Assembly: GCF_009914755.1 (NCBI RefSeq)
Contig: NC_060930.1
Direction: 5' to 3' (one strand)
Length of the DNA stretch: 64,000 nucleotides
Origin: the human T2T-CHM13v2.0 reference genome, Homo sapiens
Each line of letters opens with the position of its first letter. Positions within the stretch are counted from its first letter, which is position 1. Under the pieces are notes generated by a model. It was given only the letters and a program-made list of their open reading frames with translations, did not search any database and was not told where the DNA came from. This document shows, in pieces, positions 29,915 through 44,569 of this stretch. The position numbers and the translations under genes were made by a program.

Positions 29915-30467
29915 TGTGAGAAAAGAATTAACATGGTAGACCTGACACTCCTTTTCTTGGAAAGTCCTGCCTGAAAGATTGAGCCTTGTCTGGTATCAGG
30001 GAACTTGACTGGCAAACAGCTTTCTACACTAATAAAACTTCCTTAAATGAAACAAGTGGCTCACTGTGCTTACTCCCTAAGTTATTTATACGAACAATAC
30101 AATTTATTCTGAACACCTGCTTTCTTTAAGGAAATCTGGAATTCTGGTACATGCTAGGCAGAGAATGCCTTTATTACCAGATTACAATAAAAGCCTTGGA
30201 CACTGAATCTTCAATGGGCTGCCTAGTACATACGTGTTGTCCCATTTCAAAAATGGGGAAATTAATGTGTCCTGTGTGACTCCAGTCTTGGAAGCTTGTG
30301 CTTGGTTTCATCTGGATTTTTCCAAGTGCCTTTTTGCTTTGCTGATTTTGCTTTGTATCATTTCACTGTAATAAGTCATAGCCATGAGCAGGATTATACG
30401 CTGTGTCCTGTTAGCCGCTCTAGCAAATCATCAAGTTAGATTGTGGTCTTGGGGACCACACTCAACA
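29915..30467 (+). mobile_element. MER68-like solo LTR
   Basis: tgtgagaaaagaattaacatgg...ggtcttggggacc...aca; resembles recalled MER68. Confidence 0.65.
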
Positions 30468-30659
30468 TAGTGATATACAGGAAACATTGACCTGCCATGT
30501 AATGTTCCCTATCCATGCTGTTTGAAAGTGGAATAATACAAAGGAAAAAGAGTCATACATTTGACCAATTTGGAGTTATCTGGACTAATAAACACCCTCT
30601 AAAACTATAAAAGTGTCTTTTGAAAGTGCCAAGAGGTTCATCAGTTATATACTGAGCAA

Positions 30660-30912
30660 TAATACTAACACCTAATATCATTACAGCATTTCTTACACTA
30701 GTCACAGTCCTAAATTCTTTAACTGGATGATGTTATTTAATCTATACAGTGTCTTATAACAGTACCTGTAATTAGTCCTACTTTACAAATAGAGAGACTG
30801 AGGTCAGAGTAACTAAGTGACTTGCCCTGGTCACACACCTTGTGAGAAGCAGAGGCGGGTTGTGAACGTAGGGAATCTGATTCCAGAGCCTACCCTCTTA
30901 ACTACTGCCCTC
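30660..30912 (-). mobile_element. MIR (near full length)
   Basis: tttacaaatagagagactgaggtcagag...aagtgacttgccctggtcacac...tctgattccagagcc. Confidence 0.75.
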
Positions 30913-31332
30913 CTGTATTTGGTCCAGACTTTTTCTAATCTATTATAGAAGGAAGAGGGATTTTGGTTGGAGGGAGAGGGATAGATAATTTTGGAATACA
31001 GAAACTTGATTCCTGGAAGGCTTAGATTGTTACTTCCCTTTACTCCATCATACTGTGATTACGGCTACATATTTTTTAAAATCATACACTGAGGACATAA
31101 GGGGAAAATACTGGAACTGTGTTGGCCTGAAGGCCTGAAAAGAAGAGGCTGGAAATGTAAGGGAAATTAGAAAATAAATTAGGAAAGTGACAACTATAAA
31201 ATTAACATATTTAAACAAATATGGCTAGAGCCCAGTGATCTTATTGAAGGAAGAAGAAAGATTTTGGTGTTTGGAAATCCAAGGAAGCTAGCATTGCGAG
31301 GCAGAACAACACAACAGAGAGACAGACACTTC

Positions 31333-31472
31333 ATATATCTCTATCTCTATTATCTCTTTCTCTCTCTATCTCTATCTCTATATTTAGATATATGATATCT
31401 ATATTGATCTAGATCTATCTATCTATCTATCTATCATCTATCTATCCCTCTGTCATCTGTCTACCTATCTAT
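31333..31472. repeat. Degenerate (TCTA)n/(TCTATC)n microsatellite
   Basis: Seen directly. Confidence 0.85.
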
Positions 31473-32688
31473 TTGACATCGAGGTAGGTATCTTCAGAGG
31501 ATACAAAGTGATCCTCTAAACTCTTTGGTGAAATAGTGATGTAGGCTTGCAGGTAAGAAAACTACCTGACTCAAGGGAAAGCATCACAGAATCACGGAAA
31601 GGAGCAGGCGGAACAATCCTAAATGCTCATTAATGGATCAGAAATAGTTATTATTTCCAGTGGTCAAAGTGGAGAAATATTTTTATATACAGGGCATTGG
31701 GTAGAGTTCTTAGGAAGCTATTGTCTCAGTATTGCAGCTAAGTTACTCCCAAATTACCCAAAGCAGAAAAAAAAAATGAAAAAACCACCACAAGGCACAT
31801 CGTTGTAATATTGCTGATATCAGTGATGAAGAGAAAATGTTAAAATCACCCAGAGGATAGAAGACAAGTCAAGTACAGAGGAATGGCAGCAGATGTGACA
31901 TCAGGAACCACCCAAGCAAGAAGAAATGATAAATATCTTTAAAGTGGTGAAAAGAAAAAGAAAACTAAATCTATATCCAGACAATATATTTTTCAAAAAT
32001 AAAATCAAAATAAAGACTTTTTCAGATAAATAAAAGCTAAGAGAATGTATTACCATCAGATCTTTACTACAAAAAAGGTTAAAGTAAATATTTCATGAAA
32101 AAAGAAAATACCACCGGAAGTTTGAATTTACTACACAAAGAAATAAAAAGCATCAGAAAGAGTAAACTTATGGGCAAATTTAAAAGCTTATGAAAATATT
32201 TTTGAGAAATTTAATAGATAATAGACTTTTATAAGCAAAGAATAATAATATGTTTTGGCATTTCTAACATATGTAAAAGTAAAACTGTGACAAAATAGCA
32301 CCAAGGCCAGAAGCAGAGAAATGGAACTACAACAAGCATACTGTTGTAAAGTTCTCATACTATAAATAAAGTTATGCAATATTACTTGAATGTACAAGTT
32401 AACAATATAGATTGTAAACCTTAAAGCTACCATCAAAAAAACCTACAAAGAGGCTAGGCTAATAAACCAACAATGGATGTAAAATGAAATATTAAAAAAC
32501 ACTCAATTAGTACCAAAATGTCAGGAAAAGGGGGAACAAACCCTCAAAATTAGATGGGACAATAAAAAATAACCAGATGTTAATTTAAGCCCTCCTTTAT
32601 GAATAATTCTATTAAGATAAGGGATTAACAGTGTAACTAAAAGGCAGAGGTTGTCAGACTGATATAAAAGCAAGATCCAATTATATGG

Positions 32689-33384
<696 letters not shown>

Positions 33385-33407
33385 TATGGCCTTAAAAATT
33401 ATTTTTT

Positions 33408-34262
33408 AAACCCCACCAAAAAGTGGACAAAGGACATGAACAGGCATTTTTCAAAAGAAGATATACATGTGGCCAAAAAGCATATTAACTAAATGCTCAA
33501 CATTACTAATCAATAGAGAAAAGCAAATGAAAACCACAATGAGGTATCATCTCACACCAGTCAGAACGGCCATTATTAAGAAGTCAAAAATTAACTCATG
33601 CTGTTAAGATTGCAGAGAAAAGGGAACACTTATACACTGCTGGTAGACATGTAAATTAGTTTAGCCGTTGTGGAAAGCAGGATAATGATTTCTCAAAGAC
33701 CTTAAAACAGAATTACCATTCAACCCAGGAATCTCATTATTGGGTATATATCCAAAGGAATATAGTTTATTCTACCATAAAAACACATGCACATGTTTCT
33801 TTATTGAAACACTATTTGCAATAGCAAAGATGTGGAATCACCCTAAATGCCCTTCAACAGTAGACTGGAAAAAGAAAATATGGTACATATACATCATATA
33901 ATACTATACAGCCATAAAAAAGAAGGAGATCATGTCTTTTGCAGCAACATGGATGGAGCTGAAGACCATTATCCTAAGCAAACTAATGCAGGAACAGAAA
34001 ACCAAATAGCACATGTTCTCACTTACAGGTGGAAGCTAAACAACAAGAACACATGGACACAGAGAGGGGAACACCGGACACCAGGGCTTACTTGAGGGTG
34101 GAGGTGGGGAGGAGGGAGAGGATTTAAAAAATACTGTTGGGTACTATGCTTGTTACCTGGGTGACTAAATAATCTGTGCACCAAACCCCCATGACATACA
34201 GTTTACCTATGTAACAATGTTGCACATGTACACTTAAATGTAAAAATAAAAGTTAAAAAAAT
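33408..34262 (+). mobile_element. L1PA13-16-like 3' end (ORF2 C-terminus and 3'UTR)
   Basis: aaaagtggacaaaggacatgaacagg...catgttctcacttacaggtggaagct...aataaaagttaaaaaaa. Confidence 0.85.
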
Positions 34263-35969
34263 GCAGTTTAAATATAAGAAGCAGGTAGTTTAATAGAAAA
34301 AAAGATGAAAAATTATGTACCATAAAATATTAATCAATAGAAGACTATATAAAATTAAATACATTTCAAAGCAAGGAATATTACCAGGGATAACAAGGGG
34401 CATTTCTTATTAAAAAGGTGTTAAATTATCAAGATATAACAATCTCAAATGTGTATTCACTTAAAAGGAGAGCTTCAAAGTACTTGAAGCAAAAACAGAC
34501 AGAACAAAAAAAAAGAGACAAATATACAATTATGTTTGGAAATTTTAATATGCCATTTCAATAACTAATAGAAGAGGAAGACACATACAAAAAAACCCAG
34601 TAAGAATGCATTAGACTTGGACTACACAATCAACCTATTTAATCTAATGGACATTTATGGAACACTTCACCCAAACAACAATGCACATTTTTGGGGGGCC
34701 CAAAACAAGATGGAAGAAGTTTGAAAGGATTGAAATCTCAAGAAGTATGTTCTCTCATCACAACAGAATTAAATGGAAAATAGACATCAGAAACATGCTT
34801 GGAAAATCTCCAGATATTTGCTAATTAAATAAAACATTTTTTAATAAAGCATGGGTCAAAGAAAAAATTTATATAGTAAAATGAAAAATGTTTTGAAGTA
34901 AATGAAAACACTACATAACAAAATTTGTGAGATGCAGCTGAAGCCATGGTTAGAGGAAAATTTATAGCAATAAATACTTTATTAATAAAGGCTTAATTCA
35001 ATAGTAAAAGTGTCTACCTTAAGAAAAGAAGAACAAATTAATCCCCAAAACCAAAAGAAGGAATTAATAAATCTGAGGAATAATCAATGATGTAGAAAAC
35101 AAAAAGAATATAGAATATCAATAAACCCAAAATTAGTTATTTGTAAGTTCAAAAACATTTATAAAGCTATAGGAAGACTGATGAAGATAAAAGAGATTTA
35201 GGCTACCAATAACAGGACTGATTAAAAGGACATCACAACAGATTGTGCAAACATTAGAAGGATGATAAGAAAATAAAATGAACAACTTTGTGGAAATATA
35301 TTTGTTACTTATCTGAAATAGACAAGTTTCTTGTAAAATACAAATTACAAAAGCTTGCTCCAGGCCGGGAAAATGTCACTAGTTATTTCTAACAAACATT
35401 TAAGGGAGAAATAATATTAATTCTGCACTAACCCCTCCTGAAAATAGAAGACTCCAAATCACTCCATGAGGCCAGTATTACCCTGCTACCAAAACTGAAG
35501 ACAATACAAAAAGAGAGAGAAATACTTATCAATATTTCTCATAAAGATAGATACAAAATTTTTTAAAAACTTTCACAAATCAAATACAACTATATACTAA
35601 AAGAAGGATGAATCAGAACCATGTGAAATTTACCAGCAATACAGGGTTGATTTAACACTGGAAAAATCAATCAATGCTATTTGCCATGTTAACAGTCTAA
35701 AATATAAAGCATTTCGATAGATGCAGTAAAACAGATGCTGACTTAATCAGTTCTGTTGCTGGATCTGATGTAAGTAAACAATTCTTATTTTAATCTGGGT
35801 TGTGGACATTTCCAGGGTAGCCATGATCAATATAGGAATCTCTGTGCTGCCAATAAATTAAGATTTCTATTCCTGTCATAAAATGACTTCACCATGAAGA
35901 AGCCATGTTATTTTTCAATATTCTTCTCCACAGGATAAATAAAGTTCCCATTCAAGAGAAAAATAGTTA

Positions 35970-36489
35970 AGTCCAAGGCATAAAACAGAAAATGCAATTT
36001 ATTGTGATGTATCCAGCTAGAGCCTGTAAAGTTGTTTTTGTTTTTGTTCATCTTCTAGAATAACAAATGCATGAGATAGAAAGTTGAGAACTGGTGAAGT
36101 GGCCCCTTGATGTCCCAGAGCGCCTGGCTTTTTCTACCTTTCCACTCAGCTTGTGATTAGATTGTTCATAATCATATCTCCTCAAGGTTGAAAAATGGCT
36201 GCTCCATCTCTAGCATCACATCAGTGTTCCATGCAAGAGTAATGGAAAGAACAAAGGGCCAAAGGCATTTGTCATTCTGCTTTCAATTAACTTTCTGAGA
36301 AGTCACACTTCATGACTTCCACTTACATATCTTTAGCTACAAGGTTGTCACTGTCTATGCCCACCTGCAAGGTGGGCTGAGATTTTGGTTTTTAATCTGG
36401 AAACATTGATATTACAGCAACAATCGGGGTTCTGATTGTAAGCAATAAAGGAAAATGGGTATTTAGTAGGCAAGAGAGTGTCTGCCACA
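35970..36489 (-). mobile_element. MLT1J/K-like MaLR LTR
   Basis: aaaatggctgctcca...gacttccacttacat...ctgcaaggtgggctgag...gtgtctgccaca. Confidence 0.6.
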
Positions 36490-36502
36490 TGCTCTCCTCC
36501 CT

Positions 36503-36552
36503 GCAATCAATGGAGGGCTTTTGCTGAGCAATCAATGGAGGGCTTTTGCTGA
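36503..36552. repeat. Perfect 25-bp tandem duplication
   Basis: (gcaatcaatggagggcttttgctga) x2. Confidence 0.95.
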
Positions 36553-37405
36553 TGGGCTGACTCCTATTGAAGACATCAGATCTGCATACAAAGTTTTAAC
36601 CTAGTTAGGTTTTGGATCTTCACAGACCTTGAGAATAATCCTATAATTTCTACAGCAATCTCTGCTTTTTGTTGGTGTAAACTTCGAAGAAAGAGTGCAG
36701 CAGTGGTTGTCTGTGATAGAATGGCTGAGGCCTCTCTAGTGTGCAGACTGTATTTGCCCAGACTCACCTAATCTTGACCTAAGAAATATTAAAGAAGAGG
36801 GTTTCCTTGTTTTTGAGAAACATGTGGATTACCCCTACGAAGGCTTTAAAATACGAGTCTGAATTATGTCTAGTTAAAATGCTAATTCATCAAAAACTGC
36901 ACAAACACCAATGATCTAATATTACTTTCTTTTTTTTTTACAAGCATGTGGGTACTGGTAAATGGCATCCTGGAATGTTCATCAATGAGGAAATTGTAAT
37001 CTAACATAATTGGCCATTTTGTCTGAAAAAAAGAATAAATTTAATTTGTTAATTGTGAAGCAGTCTATTGACTTTAAAGATGATAAACATTTTCCAAAGA
37101 TTTTTGAGAAAAAACTATAGATATACTTAGAAACAATTAGGAATACAGAAGCATTGCTGCTGAATTAATGAAGTGATGAAAAAAGAGGCCCAGCAGTTCT
37201 GGATCTTTTTCATTATTCATCTACTTTGATTTTCTAAGACTTGCAGAATTTTACTTTGATCGACTCTACATGATGTCAAAAACATCCAGATGCAAGTTTA
37301 AAAGGTTTTGATATGTTTTAGACATAGCTTTTATCCTTGTACTTCAGTTTTCTCTACACTAAAGGAAGGAATGCCTGTTTCTTACCCACTAGGAAGAGAT
37401 TTCCT

Positions 37406-37630
37406 TTGAGATCAGCCTGACCAATATGGAGAAACCCCATCTCTACTAAAACTACAAAAATTAGCCAGGTGTGGTGGTGTGCACCTGTAGTCCCAGCTAC
37501 ACACGGGAGGCTGAGACAGAATTGCTTGAACCCAGGAGGTGGAGGTTGCAGTGAGCTGAGCCAAGCCGAGATGACACCACTGCACTCCAGCCTGGGCAAC
37601 AGAGCTAGACTCCGTCTAAAAAAAATAACA
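37406..37630 (+). mobile_element. AluS (Sp-like), 5'-truncated
   Basis: Starts ttgagatcagcctgaccaatatggagaaacccc. Confidence 0.9.
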
Positions 37631-38760
37631 ATTTGCAATCATTAGCCAACTTGGTTCCATTGCATGAACAGCACATAACTTCAGCATGGGAAAAAGCACT
37701 TTATCACCGTCATTTTAGATCTCCCCCAAAAAACTTGCCAAATGAAATAAGTTTGGAGGCATTGTAATTAGTAGAGGTTTAGCTTGGAATAGGTGAAAAG
37801 AAAAAAAAAATACTTACAATGGATGCTAGTGATATGCTGGGCCCTTTCATGTGTCTCATGTGGGTTATGCTGTGTTAGGGGTTAGAAGACCTGTTTTCTA
37901 GATCTAGTTCTGTTATTAAACAGGTTTGAGATGTTGGACAAAATACACACATTAATGCTTTCACTTCACATTTTTCAGTTACAAAATGAGTCGTTTTCAA
38001 TTACAATTGATACTTAAATTATAAGACATAGGATCAGTTCATCTTTTACTAAGTTCTGTTCTCTCAAAAGGAAATGTGGATATGGCACTGAGTTAAAGCA
38101 ATTCCCTTCGTGGTTTATTATATGCATGAAAGGAATTCATATTCCTCTGGAAGAATCTGACTGGGCTTCTCAATGCAAGGTACCATTTTGGGTTGGATAC
38201 GCAGGCATAACTGAACTGAATTCCCTGACTGAAACATGGCATCTAAATCTTAGGAAAATTCAATGGACTTCTTGAGCAGTTTAACAGGCTTAAGTAAGGA
38301 CTAGGCTTGAATAATTCACCCACCAGAGTCAATACTTTTGCCAGTTGACTAAACAATGATAAAATTTGCCATTTACTTAGCTTACACTTTTTACTAGGCA
38401 CTGAAATTCATTTATATTATTTAGAATCTGCAGAACAAAACCTCGAAAGTGGGTATTAATGATCCTATTAGAGCAGATTAATTCTCATAGACATTCACTA
38501 ATTGTCCATGGCCAAATAATTATTAAATACTAGAGATAAGATTCAAACCCAGGTCTGCTGAACCTTGAAGCCTACGCTCTTTCTTTCACACCTCCAAGCC
38601 TAAGTCCTAAGGTTGGAAGGGTGTTAGATTCCTAATAGATCATCCTCCCAGCATCATTTTCACAGGTGGCATATGAATTTTCTAGCATTTCCAAAGTGGT
38701 ATGGAATGTTTGGATTGTTCTGGGACTGTAGTAAAATATACAAGAATATAAAGTTATTCT

Positions 38761-38762
<2 letters not shown>

Positions 38763-38796
<34 letters not shown>
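38763..38796. repeat. (AC)17 microsatellite
   Basis: Seen directly. Confidence 0.95.
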
Positions 38797-38799
<3 letters not shown>

Positions 38800-41399
38800 G
38801 AGCTCCCTCAAATAGGAATTTACAGGCAAAGATTTATAAACAAGTTTACATTTGACCTGCGCTTGGAGGAAAAGCAGGGTTTTGACTGATAGGATGATAG
38901 GATGAGAAATAGAGGGAACTGGGAAATGCTAGTTGTGTTCAGGAAACACTGAAATGTCCTTACACAGAGGAGTGTAGAGGGAGTTATTGCTGAGTTGGGC
39001 AATAATATTCAAGGAAAAGAAGGCAAAATGAGACTTAATGAGTACCAATTATGGACTCTATAGTTAATGTCTCAAGTAGGGGTAGGGTGGGGGTGTCAAG
39101 ACAAAGAGTATGTGTTTAAATTATTTGACAATGATGATTCATTGATGTCTTTTAAACGGTGTGCAACCAGATTAGTGCTCAGTTTTAGAGAGATTACTCT
39201 GTCAGTTGCCTGCTAAATATATTATTCATATAGAGAAAAAGTTGAAGACAGACCTCTTAAAGCTAAATGGAACCCTAATCCATGAACTCATGTAAATATC
39301 TTGGATACACAAATGGTTTTCTCTACTCTACCTTACAAGGAGTAATTCACATTTTCTCACTTTTTATGTAATGAATGAATGAATAATTTTAATAAATATA
39401 GTATTTTCTGGACACTTAATTATGTATAGGAGGGTATTCTAAGTGCCTTTATATACATTTTCTTAATCATCACAGGGTTGAATAAGTCTGAGGTTTAGAA
39501 TGAATTAAGGAATTAGGTGTAGACAGATCAAGGAACTAGGTTTAGACAGATTAAGGAATTTGCCCAAGACCACACAGTTGGTAAATGCTGGTGCTGGCAT
39601 TTTCACTCATTTGTAAATCCAGAGATCGCAACCACTGGGACACTGAAGAACAGGCTGAGTAAAGAAACCCTTTGCCATTTTGGAAAAAATATCTCTTCTT
39701 TTTAGTGGAATTGACATACTGGCTTGGGATGCTAAATCAGCTAAAGCATAATGTCAGGAGCCAGGCTGCCAAAGGCCATTCTCAGGGTAGAAAACCAATA
39801 AAATGGGCCCACCAAAAAGGAAGAACATTTCAAAATTTTCTTTAATGAGCACCCAGCAATAATCACTTTGAAAATAGGAAACTGGGCATAAAATACCCAC
39901 TGGGCTCCCAAAAATCAAGATCCAGCCAAAAAAATATGAGGAGAGTTATGGCGGTATCTCAGTGCTAACAGCTGGGTAGCGCTGCAATAAGGCAGGTTAA
40001 GATGAGAATGTGTTGGGAGGACTGACTCATTCAACTCATCCCGGTGCAGCTGTTCTGAGCTTAAAGATAAGGTTTGATCGTTAAACTCTATTTGCTGTTA
40101 AGGTGACTTGTCAAGAGCTGAGGATAATTGCAACTGGATCTCAAGTCTCAATGCTAAACAGTCTTATATGTGGCATCACCCCCAGTATCTGCGGTGACAC
40201 CTGTGAAGGCCCAGCTGTTTCCTCGGTAGTTCCCATACTTGGGAAAGACCACAGGGTTGTTTCAGGTAGCCTTATGGAGAGGGCTGGCATTTTGGTGAAT
40301 TCACCATTGGTCTAGTTTCTGGATCTGTAATACTGAGGACCAGCTTCTTATGAGGATAAATCTCAGTGGAATTTATTTATGTTATCCAAATGCACAGGAG
40401 GATTACTTATAATTTAGAATTCAGTTATTAATTTTTAAAGCCTCAAATTCTTTGTGGAATAGTTCAGAATATAAATAATGGAAGGCTGGGTGGCAATGTG
40501 GAGAGAACATATGGTCTAGATTTAGACAAAAGAGTTTCTGAGAACTTCATTTGGGTAGATAACCTTGAGCAACTTCTTAACAGCTCTAACCTGGAATTTT
40601 CCATGAGAAATGAAGATAATATTATGTCATCAGGTTAGTTTGACTCTGGAATACTCAGCTCAAGGGCAAGGGATACTGGCTGGGGAAAACATCACAGGCT
40701 GCTAAGGCTGACTCCAGCAATTATAGCTGCGTGCCCCAGGAAGCAGGGCCCCAGAGAAGTAGCTGTCTAGGTACTCATCAGGCTAGGGCATTACCAGGTG
40801 TCTCAATTTGGTGGTTGGATCATTGCAGTATCAGAAGGACTTTCATTGTAGAAAATCCTAGAATGTAGTTTCCTTTAACTCACAAAATGGAACTCTCAAG
40901 ACATTAAACCATGGCTGTGATAAAATGGCGTTGGGTTCAGAGTCTGGTTCCAGTGACAGAGGAGGAGTGGCAACATGGAACGGAGGAGCCAGGGTACTTT
41001 CAGAAGGAGCTCTGTGCACTGAGCCATCCCTTATTAGGGAAGGGTAGTCCCTGGTGCTTCTGTTCCAAGTTCTGACATTGAATTCCAATTCCCGCTGTGT
41101 GATGGAAACAAAGTTGTTACCCTTCCTCCTCATCAATGTGGCTAACTTTGGGCAACTGTCAAAGATGAAGGCAGGGAGGCAAGGCAGGGTCTGTCAGCAT
41201 CACGGCAAGAGACGGTAAAATAATAATAATGAGATTCTAGAAAAGTTTAGGAAAGTAACTGAACCTCACAAAGAGCATCTCTTCCTAAGGCCAGTGAGGT
41301 ATCTGCTGGGGCCACCTGTATTTTGAGATCTAAATAACATTAGCCCAGGACCCTGTCACAGTTTCTCAGCCTATGGAAGTCACACCCCAAGATTTCTCT

Positions 41400-41570
41400 G
41401 AATTCCTTTCTCTCCTTTCCTCTTTCTCCTTTCCTCTCCTTTATTTTCCTTCTCCTTTTTTTATTTCCCTTTCCCTTTTCCCTTTTCCTTCTCCTCTCCC
41501 CTCCTCCCCTCCCCTCTCCCACCCTTCCCCTTTGCCTTCTTCTCCCTTCCTTTTACCTCCTCTCTCCTCT
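41400..41570. repeat. Polypyrimidine low-complexity tract
   Basis: Almost entirely C/T; a second tract lies at 41803-41890. Confidence 0.9.
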
Positions 41571-42870
41571 CAATTGCACTCCCAAATAACTTGACTAAAT
41601 AAATTCCTCTTGTAAGCAACATTCAGATCACAGGGTATGACTACTGTTATGTAAAGGCTGCCCTTGGTATCAAAGCGGAAGGTTAAAGAGCCATTTTCAG
41701 AAATTGAATCTAACAACAGCCAGATAAAATGAATGCTGGTCTCCTGTGGAGTTCTTTCTAGAAATAATCTTAATCTAATAGATACTTTATTTTAAATGTA
41801 TTTCTTTCCTTTCCTTTCCTGTTTCCCTCCCTCCCTCCCTCTCTCCCTCCTTCCTTCTTTCTTTTCTTCCTCCCTCTTTCTTTCTTGTTCACATTGGCAA
41901 CCTGGATTATGAACCACAATGACCAAGGTATGGAATTCATCCTCTTCTTCAAGTTTAGCACCCACCTACCCATACAAACACACACTCTCAAACAAAATGT
42001 TAATGCCCTGGTAGACTTTATTAATGATTTTTGGAAATGAGTGAGAGAAGAGGGTCACATAATAGCACTGGGAAAAACATGTGTAATGGAGATCTAGACC
42101 ATTCCATCCCTGGAGATTTCGTTACTCCTCTCTTCATCCTCCCTTTCTCACTCTTCTTTACTTATCTTTCCCATTTGCTTTTGGGCACAAATCCCACATA
42201 TTACACTTCTTTTCTCAAGCAAATCAATTATAATGTCCTTTGCTGATATTCATGCCCTCTGCTGATATTCATGCCCTCTGCTAATGTCTCATTTCTCTGA
42301 AGGGAACATAAGGTGGTTGTTTTGAGGACCATTTCTTCCTAAGAGATATTCTTACGTTGTCAGAAAAGATAGTAAAAAAAGATGCTAGTGATCAGAATAC
42401 TGGTGCTTCAACAATTCAGAATTTTCTTTTTTTTTTTTTTTTGGCTGATGTTCAGTAAATACTTACTAGTATTCACTTAACCAACTTAGTTCTTTTCAAC
42501 ATTCTAGCAAAAGAACCTATTACTCCAACTTTATCTAATGGCAGTCACGTATCAAATAGTTAAGCTTAGCTTTCTTTGTATTTATTGTATAAAAGTCTTA
42601 GCATATGGATTTTGGAAGACACCCTATTCTCATCAGCAATACTTTTAAAAGAAAATATCTATTAGAACAGGATCCTTTCTAGAAAGAATTCCACAGGAAA
42701 CCAGCATCCATTTTATCATGCTGTTTGTTAGGTTCAGTTTCTGAGGATGACTCCTTAACCTTCTACTTTGATACTAAGGTCAGCCTTTACATAACAGTAG
42801 TCATACCCTGTGCTCTGAACATTGCTTACAAGAAGTATGGGGTCAAGTTCTTGGAAGTGCAATTGAGAGG
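41566..42870. repeat. Long inverted repeat: arms 41566-41802 and 42638-42870
   Basis: Arms are reverse complements, roughly 85% identical by eye; perfect 32-bp core at 41629-41660/42781-42812. Confidence 0.92.
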
Positions 42871-44569
42871 GATTCAGAAATATCACTTCTGATTTTGTTG
42901 TGCAGAAAATAGTGATTAATTTAACCAGAACTTCTGCCAGAAATATTCTGTCATTGTGTAACAGGAAAGTTTACCCTATTATGATGATGGCCAGGTGTAT
43001 TTTTTTAAAGAAAAAGTTATCTTATTTGACCACATTAGCAACAAAAATATTTTATACCTGAAATAGTATCCAGATATTGAAGCCTAGGAAAAAGAAGGTG
43101 AAGAATAAGTAAAATAGCCAGTAGTCTAGAATAAAAGTAAAATATAATGCATTGGATAGGCAGCTGAAATTTTATAGAAGCTTTGTAGAAGAATCTCATA
43201 GAAGAGTTTTGAATTGTAGTAGAGATATTTTTGGAGGTTTCAGATGTCTCAAATAATCTCCATGTAGTTTTACATTACTATACCTTGGAATTGGGAGACT
43301 TGTGTAGAGCAAGTTGATGTAACATCACAATAGGAAAGATTAATATTTTTATATTCTAAAAACTACTCAAGCATATGAGTGGCACATGAAATATCAAATA
43401 TCATCCCTCAGTATGGCAATAATATTTCCAGGGCAAAAGCAATTCTTGTTGTCACTTTAGTTTGAATGAGTAATTTTCTGGCCAAAAACATTGCAGATTT
43501 TTTTTTTAAGATCTCAGCGCATTAAATAAAAGAAACTGTTAGCTATTTGGAGGTACAAGATTTCATTGGTGGCTTTGCATGCTTAATCATGAACACTTTT
43601 CTTCAACTCCTAAAACAATAGAGAAATATCAGCATTAATAAAATACCTTCAAAACACATAGTTTAATTTAAACAATAATTTCCACATATAGAATAGATCC
43701 CTGTCATTTTTACTAATGGTGGACCCCCTGCTGTGCTATATTATGGGAGAACCTCTAGGGAAGAAACAAGCGAAACAGGACCAGACTGTGGGCTGAGGCA
43801 GAATGTTGGGTGGCAGGGTATGGATCTGATTAAGACAGCAAAGCTGCTTGCTTCCTTCCTCACTCATGGGAAGGGACCAGGAGTCCAAGTCTATGAATGT
43901 GTGGCAACCTGGAATTCCTACTCAGGTGTCACAGCCCTGGGAGTGAGGCTGTTGCATAGCTTCCACTCCCTTTGTGAAGAGTTCTTTTCAGGGTTAGTAG
44001 AGCCTGCCTTGTTCTTAACAATGAAAGATGGCGCAAGCCGATGCAGGGAACTGTGAGAAGAGTTCTCATAGAGATAAGCAGGAAGAAGAAAGGCCCAAGT
44101 GCCTCAGCCCCACAAGCCTGCTAACTGAGCCCTCGGGGCTGGTCTCCAATCCTGCGGAGAACTAGAATGTTGCAGAAAACCAAGGACCTTAATGGAAGAC
44201 CACAGAGGCTGGTTCTGACTTTGAAGGTGGGGTAGATGGGGAGGTCTAGTTTGATGCCCATAGGATAACATTCCTTTTTGAATTCCCAGGAGTATCTCCA
44301 GAGTCATGTTGCTCACTTGGAAGGCCTCCTAATGTCCCAAGTACCTGCATTCTAGGGGCCCAGTCCTGAGTGACAGATGGTGATGCAGGCATCTAGGTCA
44401 GGATTGTAGCTACCAGAGAACAACTGTTTTGATACAGCTATTATGGAATGATTTGAATATATTAATTATATACTTCCTCATAAAAATTACATGTAGAGAA
44501 AGTGAAATATGACTGTTAGCCTAAGTTAAAACAGCATCTTTATATTGGCTTTTTGTTCTTACTCCTTTT

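Noticed and set aside
33847-34095. 82-aa ORF in L1
   Set aside because: Short frame within a truncated, decayed L1PA 3' end; not an intact ORF2
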